DNA of 39,059 bases, taken from the UHGV virus genome UHGV-0140603; one strand, given 5' to 3'. The DNA comes from a virus. Both the position numbers and the translations under genes were made by a program. Position 1 is the first letter of the stretch. Every line of letters begins with the position of its first letter. The notes beneath the pieces were generated by a model that searched no databases, was not told where the DNA came from, and saw nothing but the letters and a program-made list of their open reading frames with translations. Positions 36,782-39,059 of the stretch are shown here, piece after piece.

Positions 36782-37659
36782 GCAATGATATCGCAATCAC
36801 ATCACAACCAGGCGCAACTGTAGGTACTGCTGCGGCAATCTTCAGCCCGGAGGGCATGAATCAACTGGTGCGTTTCGCGGAGTTGATGTCACAAAGCAAA
36901 GCGACTGTACCGAAACATCTTGAAGGCAAACCTGCCGATTGTCTGGCGGTGACCATGCAGGCGGCACAGTGGGGAATGAACCCTTTCGCCGTGGCGCAGA
37001 AAACGCATGTGGTAAACGGAACGTTAGGCTACGAAGCACAGTTGGTAAACGCGGTCGTATCCTCTTCCAGCCTGCTAGCGACACGCCTGAATTATCGCTG
37101 GAGCGGTGACTGGTCGAATGTTAACGGCAAAACAGATAAATCACCGAATCTGACGGTAACTGTGTCAGCAGTTCTTAAAGGAGAAGCAGAACCCCGTGAG
37201 CTTACCATCAGTATGGCGCAAGCCGGAGTGCGTAACTCTCCATTGTGGGAACAGGATCCGCGCCAGCAGCTTGCCTATCTTTGCACGAAACGATGGGCTC
37301 GCCTGCACGCTCCTGATGTACTTCTCGGTGTTTACACCCCTGACGAATTACAGGAAACGGCACCGCGCGTTGAGCGAGACATTACTCCGCAAACGACTAC
37401 TGCTGCGGGAATGAACAGTCTGATCAACGCTAAACCAGTGAAAAAGCCTGATGAGCAAACGCGTAAAGCGGATAGCCGTGATCCAGAAGAAATGCTGATG
37501 GCCTTTACCAGCGCAGCGATGAATTACAGCACTGTCTCCGAACTGGATAAGGCTTACAAATACATTGCACAAAAACTTTCAGATGATGACGAACTGCTGG
37601 CAAAAGCCACCGACGTTTACAGCGTTCGTCGGGAAGAATTAAACGAAACATCTATGTAA
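36778..37659 (+). CDS. Bet/RecT-superfamily single-strand annealing protein
   Basis: AAQWGMNPF and PLWEQDPRQQLAYLCTKRWARL resemble lambda Bet AxQYGLNPW and PWQSHPKRMLRHKAMIQCARL. Confidence 0.6.
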   Translation: MSNDIAITSQPGATVGTAAAIFSPEGMNQLVRFAELMSQSKATVPKHLEGKPADCLAVTMQAAQWGMNPFAVAQKTHVVNGTLGYEAQLVNAVVSSSSLLATRLNYRWSGDWSNVNGKTDKSPNLTVTVSAVLKGEAEPRELTISMAQAGVRNSPLWEQDPRQQLAYLCTKRWARLHAPDVLLGVYTPDELQETAPRVERDITPQTTTAAGMNSLINAKPVKKPDEQTRKADSRDPEEMLMAFTSAAMNYSTVSELDKAYKYIAQKLSDDDELLAKATDVYSVRREELNETSM

Positions 37660-37708
37660 CCACCACCGCGGCGCCACGCGCGCCGCACTGCAACCAAGAG
37701 AGGTATTT

Positions 37709-37957
37709 ATGAAAGGTGCATTAGGTAAGAAGGAACTCCTGGCGGTGGTGCCACTGTCATGGAGCACTATCGACCGTATGGAGCGCGCAGGGGAATTTCC
37801 TAAACGCTGGTATATCACCGATAAACGCTGCGCATGGAACCGTGATGAAGTTGAGCGTTGGCTTGATGAACGTCAGGCAGCAAGCCCGGCAGAGTTCCAG
37901 GGTAAAAAACCTCCTGTTCAGCAACGTGTATATCGTCCTGTGAGCAACGCGGCATGA
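37709..37957 (+). CDS. AlpA-like DNA-binding protein (possible excision regulator)
   Basis: 82 aa; LSWSTIDRMERAGEFPKR HTH typical of AlpA/Xis-like regulators. Confidence 0.55.
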   Translation: MKGALGKKELLAVVPLSWSTIDRMERAGEFPKRWYITDKRCAWNRDEVERWLDERQAASPAEFQGKKPPVQQRVYRPVSNAA

Positions 37958-38066
37958 GTGTGCTGCTAAGGCACTGGAGCAAATGGTCAGGATGGTACTT
38001 ATTCCTGGCCTCTGTTTCAGCATGGCTTTATCTGCTGGCATTAATTTTCAGAGAGGGTTGGATTAA

Positions 38067-38366
38067 GTGAGAAAGTTAAGCCGACTTGAAAAATATCACA
38101 TGAACAAGGTTTCAATGCGCAGCCCTTCAAAGGTTGTTGCCGTTACTCCTGCGGCGATAGAGATCGAAAAACGCGCGATTGAAAGAGAGAAAAAAGGGCA
38201 GTTCCGCATTGCCGCCCACCTTTGGCTTCAGTGTATGGATGTTGCTTCTGGTGATGTTGAACGTGCAAGGATCGCGGTTCGCAGGGACCAATGTATCACA
38301 AAAGGTAACGGCCTTCGCCGTGGCGACTATAGCGGCATAGGATGTTGTGGGGTGGTTTATGACTAA
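38067..38366 (+). CDS. PerC-like small regulator (tentative)
   Basis: Motif IEREKKGQFRIAAHLWLQCMD resembles the PerC-family signature as recalled. Confidence 0.35.
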   Translation: MRKLSRLEKYHMNKVSMRSPSKVVAVTPAAIEIEKRAIEREKKGQFRIAAHLWLQCMDVASGDVERARIAVRRDQCITKGNGLRRGDYSGIGCCGVVYD

Positions 38367-39009
38367 GAAATACACACTAATCTATGCAGATCCACCCTGG
38401 GCATACCGGGACAAAGCCACAGATGGTAATCGCGGTGCCGGTTTTAAATATCCGGTTATGAGTGTGCTGGATATCTGCCGCCTTCCTGTGTGGGATTTGG
38501 CCGGTGAAAACTGTCTGTTGGCCATGTGGTGGGTGCCAACACAACCACTCGAAGCACTAAAAGTTGTTGAAGCCTGGGGATTCCGTCTGATGACCATGAA
38601 GGGCTTCACGTGGATAAAATGTGGTAGTCGACAACCAGATAAACTGGTTATGGGGATGGGACACATGACTCGCGCCAACAGTGAAGATTGCCTGTTTGCG
38701 GTAAAGGGAAAACTACCTCCGCGCATTAATGCAGGTATCGTTCAGTCATTTACCGCACCGCGGCTTGAGCATTCAAGAAAACCAGATGTCGTTCGTGAAA
38801 AACTTGTGCAATTGTTAGGCGATGTTTCTCGCATTGAACTGTTCGCCCGCCAGTCGTCTCATGGCTTCGATGTTTGGGGTAATCAGTGCGAAGACCCGGC
38901 AGTGCAACTACACCCAGGATACGCGTTGGATATTGCCGGATTAACAAATGCATTCAGCAATGCTCCGCTGTCACCAACAGACAACCAGGGGCGGGAGCGT
39001 GCAGCATGA
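38359..39009 (+). CDS. MT-A70-family N6-adenine DNA methyltransferase (orphan)
   Basis: Catalytic motif DPPW in YADPPWAY; no adjacent restriction gene; track ORF starts at GTG 38347. Confidence 0.75.
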   Translation: MTKKYTLIYADPPWAYRDKATDGNRGAGFKYPVMSVLDICRLPVWDLAGENCLLAMWWVPTQPLEALKVVEAWGFRLMTMKGFTWIKCGSRQPDKLVMGMGHMTRANSEDCLFAVKGKLPPRINAGIVQSFTAPRLEHSRKPDVVREKLVQLLGDVSRIELFARQSSHGFDVWGNQCEDPAVQLHPGYALDIAGLTNAFSNAPLSPTDNQGRERAA

Positions 39010-39059
39010 ACAGGGCATCACCAGCAGATTTAAGGAAATGCCTTGAAACTGCAAACATG

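Larger units (their letters stand above)
1870..39059. mobile_element. Partial prophage: T7-like podovirus structural module plus lambda-like regulatory/replication module (epsilon15/phiV10-like organisation); right end and integrase lie outside the window
   Basis: Contiguous phage genes from the Rz stop at 2013 to the window end; host-type operon and terminator end at ~1867; left boundary approximate. Confidence 0.8.

Noticed and set aside
1-39059. CRISPR array, integrase, transposase or IS element within the window
   Set aside because: No regularly spaced direct repeats with spacers and no ORF with recombinase or transposase motifs; the integrase is presumably beyond the right edge.

Overview
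The window is a short host flank (1-~1870) followed by most of a temperate prophage (~1870 to beyond 39059) that pairs a T7-like podovirus structural module with a lambda-like regulatory and replication module, as in epsilon15/phiV10-type phages. The host flank is an AT-rich leader plus a two-gene lipoprotein/secreted-protein operon with its terminator. The prophage runs, on the minus strand, from a Cro-like gene through O-like and P-like replication genes (iteron origin inside O), an accessory region (DUF1064, Ead/Ea22-like pair, PD-(D/E)XK nuclease, DUF550/551), small and large terminase, portal, scaffold, capsid, tail tube A/B, internal virion proteins and a 1024-aa tailspike, to a lysis cassette (two membrane proteins, GH19 endolysin, Rz with embedded Rz1) at the host junction. 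The plus strand carries a two-HTH repressor, a leftward operon (PD-(D/E)XK exonuclease, Bet/RecT-like annealing protein, AlpA-like regulator, PerC-like protein, MT-A70 methyltransferase) and several opposite-strand inserts inside the late operon. No integrase, CRISPR array, rRNA or IS element is in the window. The strongest candidates for something undescribed are (i) an insert between large terminase and portal (structured non-coding region, tRNA-Arg(UCU), twin terminators, AT-rich 310-aa membrane/coiled-coil protein), (ii) a 15-bp palindrome TTACC-N5-GGTAA present at 8 perfect and 4 degenerate intergenic sites, and (iii) a hexapeptide acetyltransferase ending in ~7.6 copies of an 8-bp tandem repeat beside an AT-rich tailspike distal half. 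All calls rest on reading the sequence and recalled family signatures; no database search was run.
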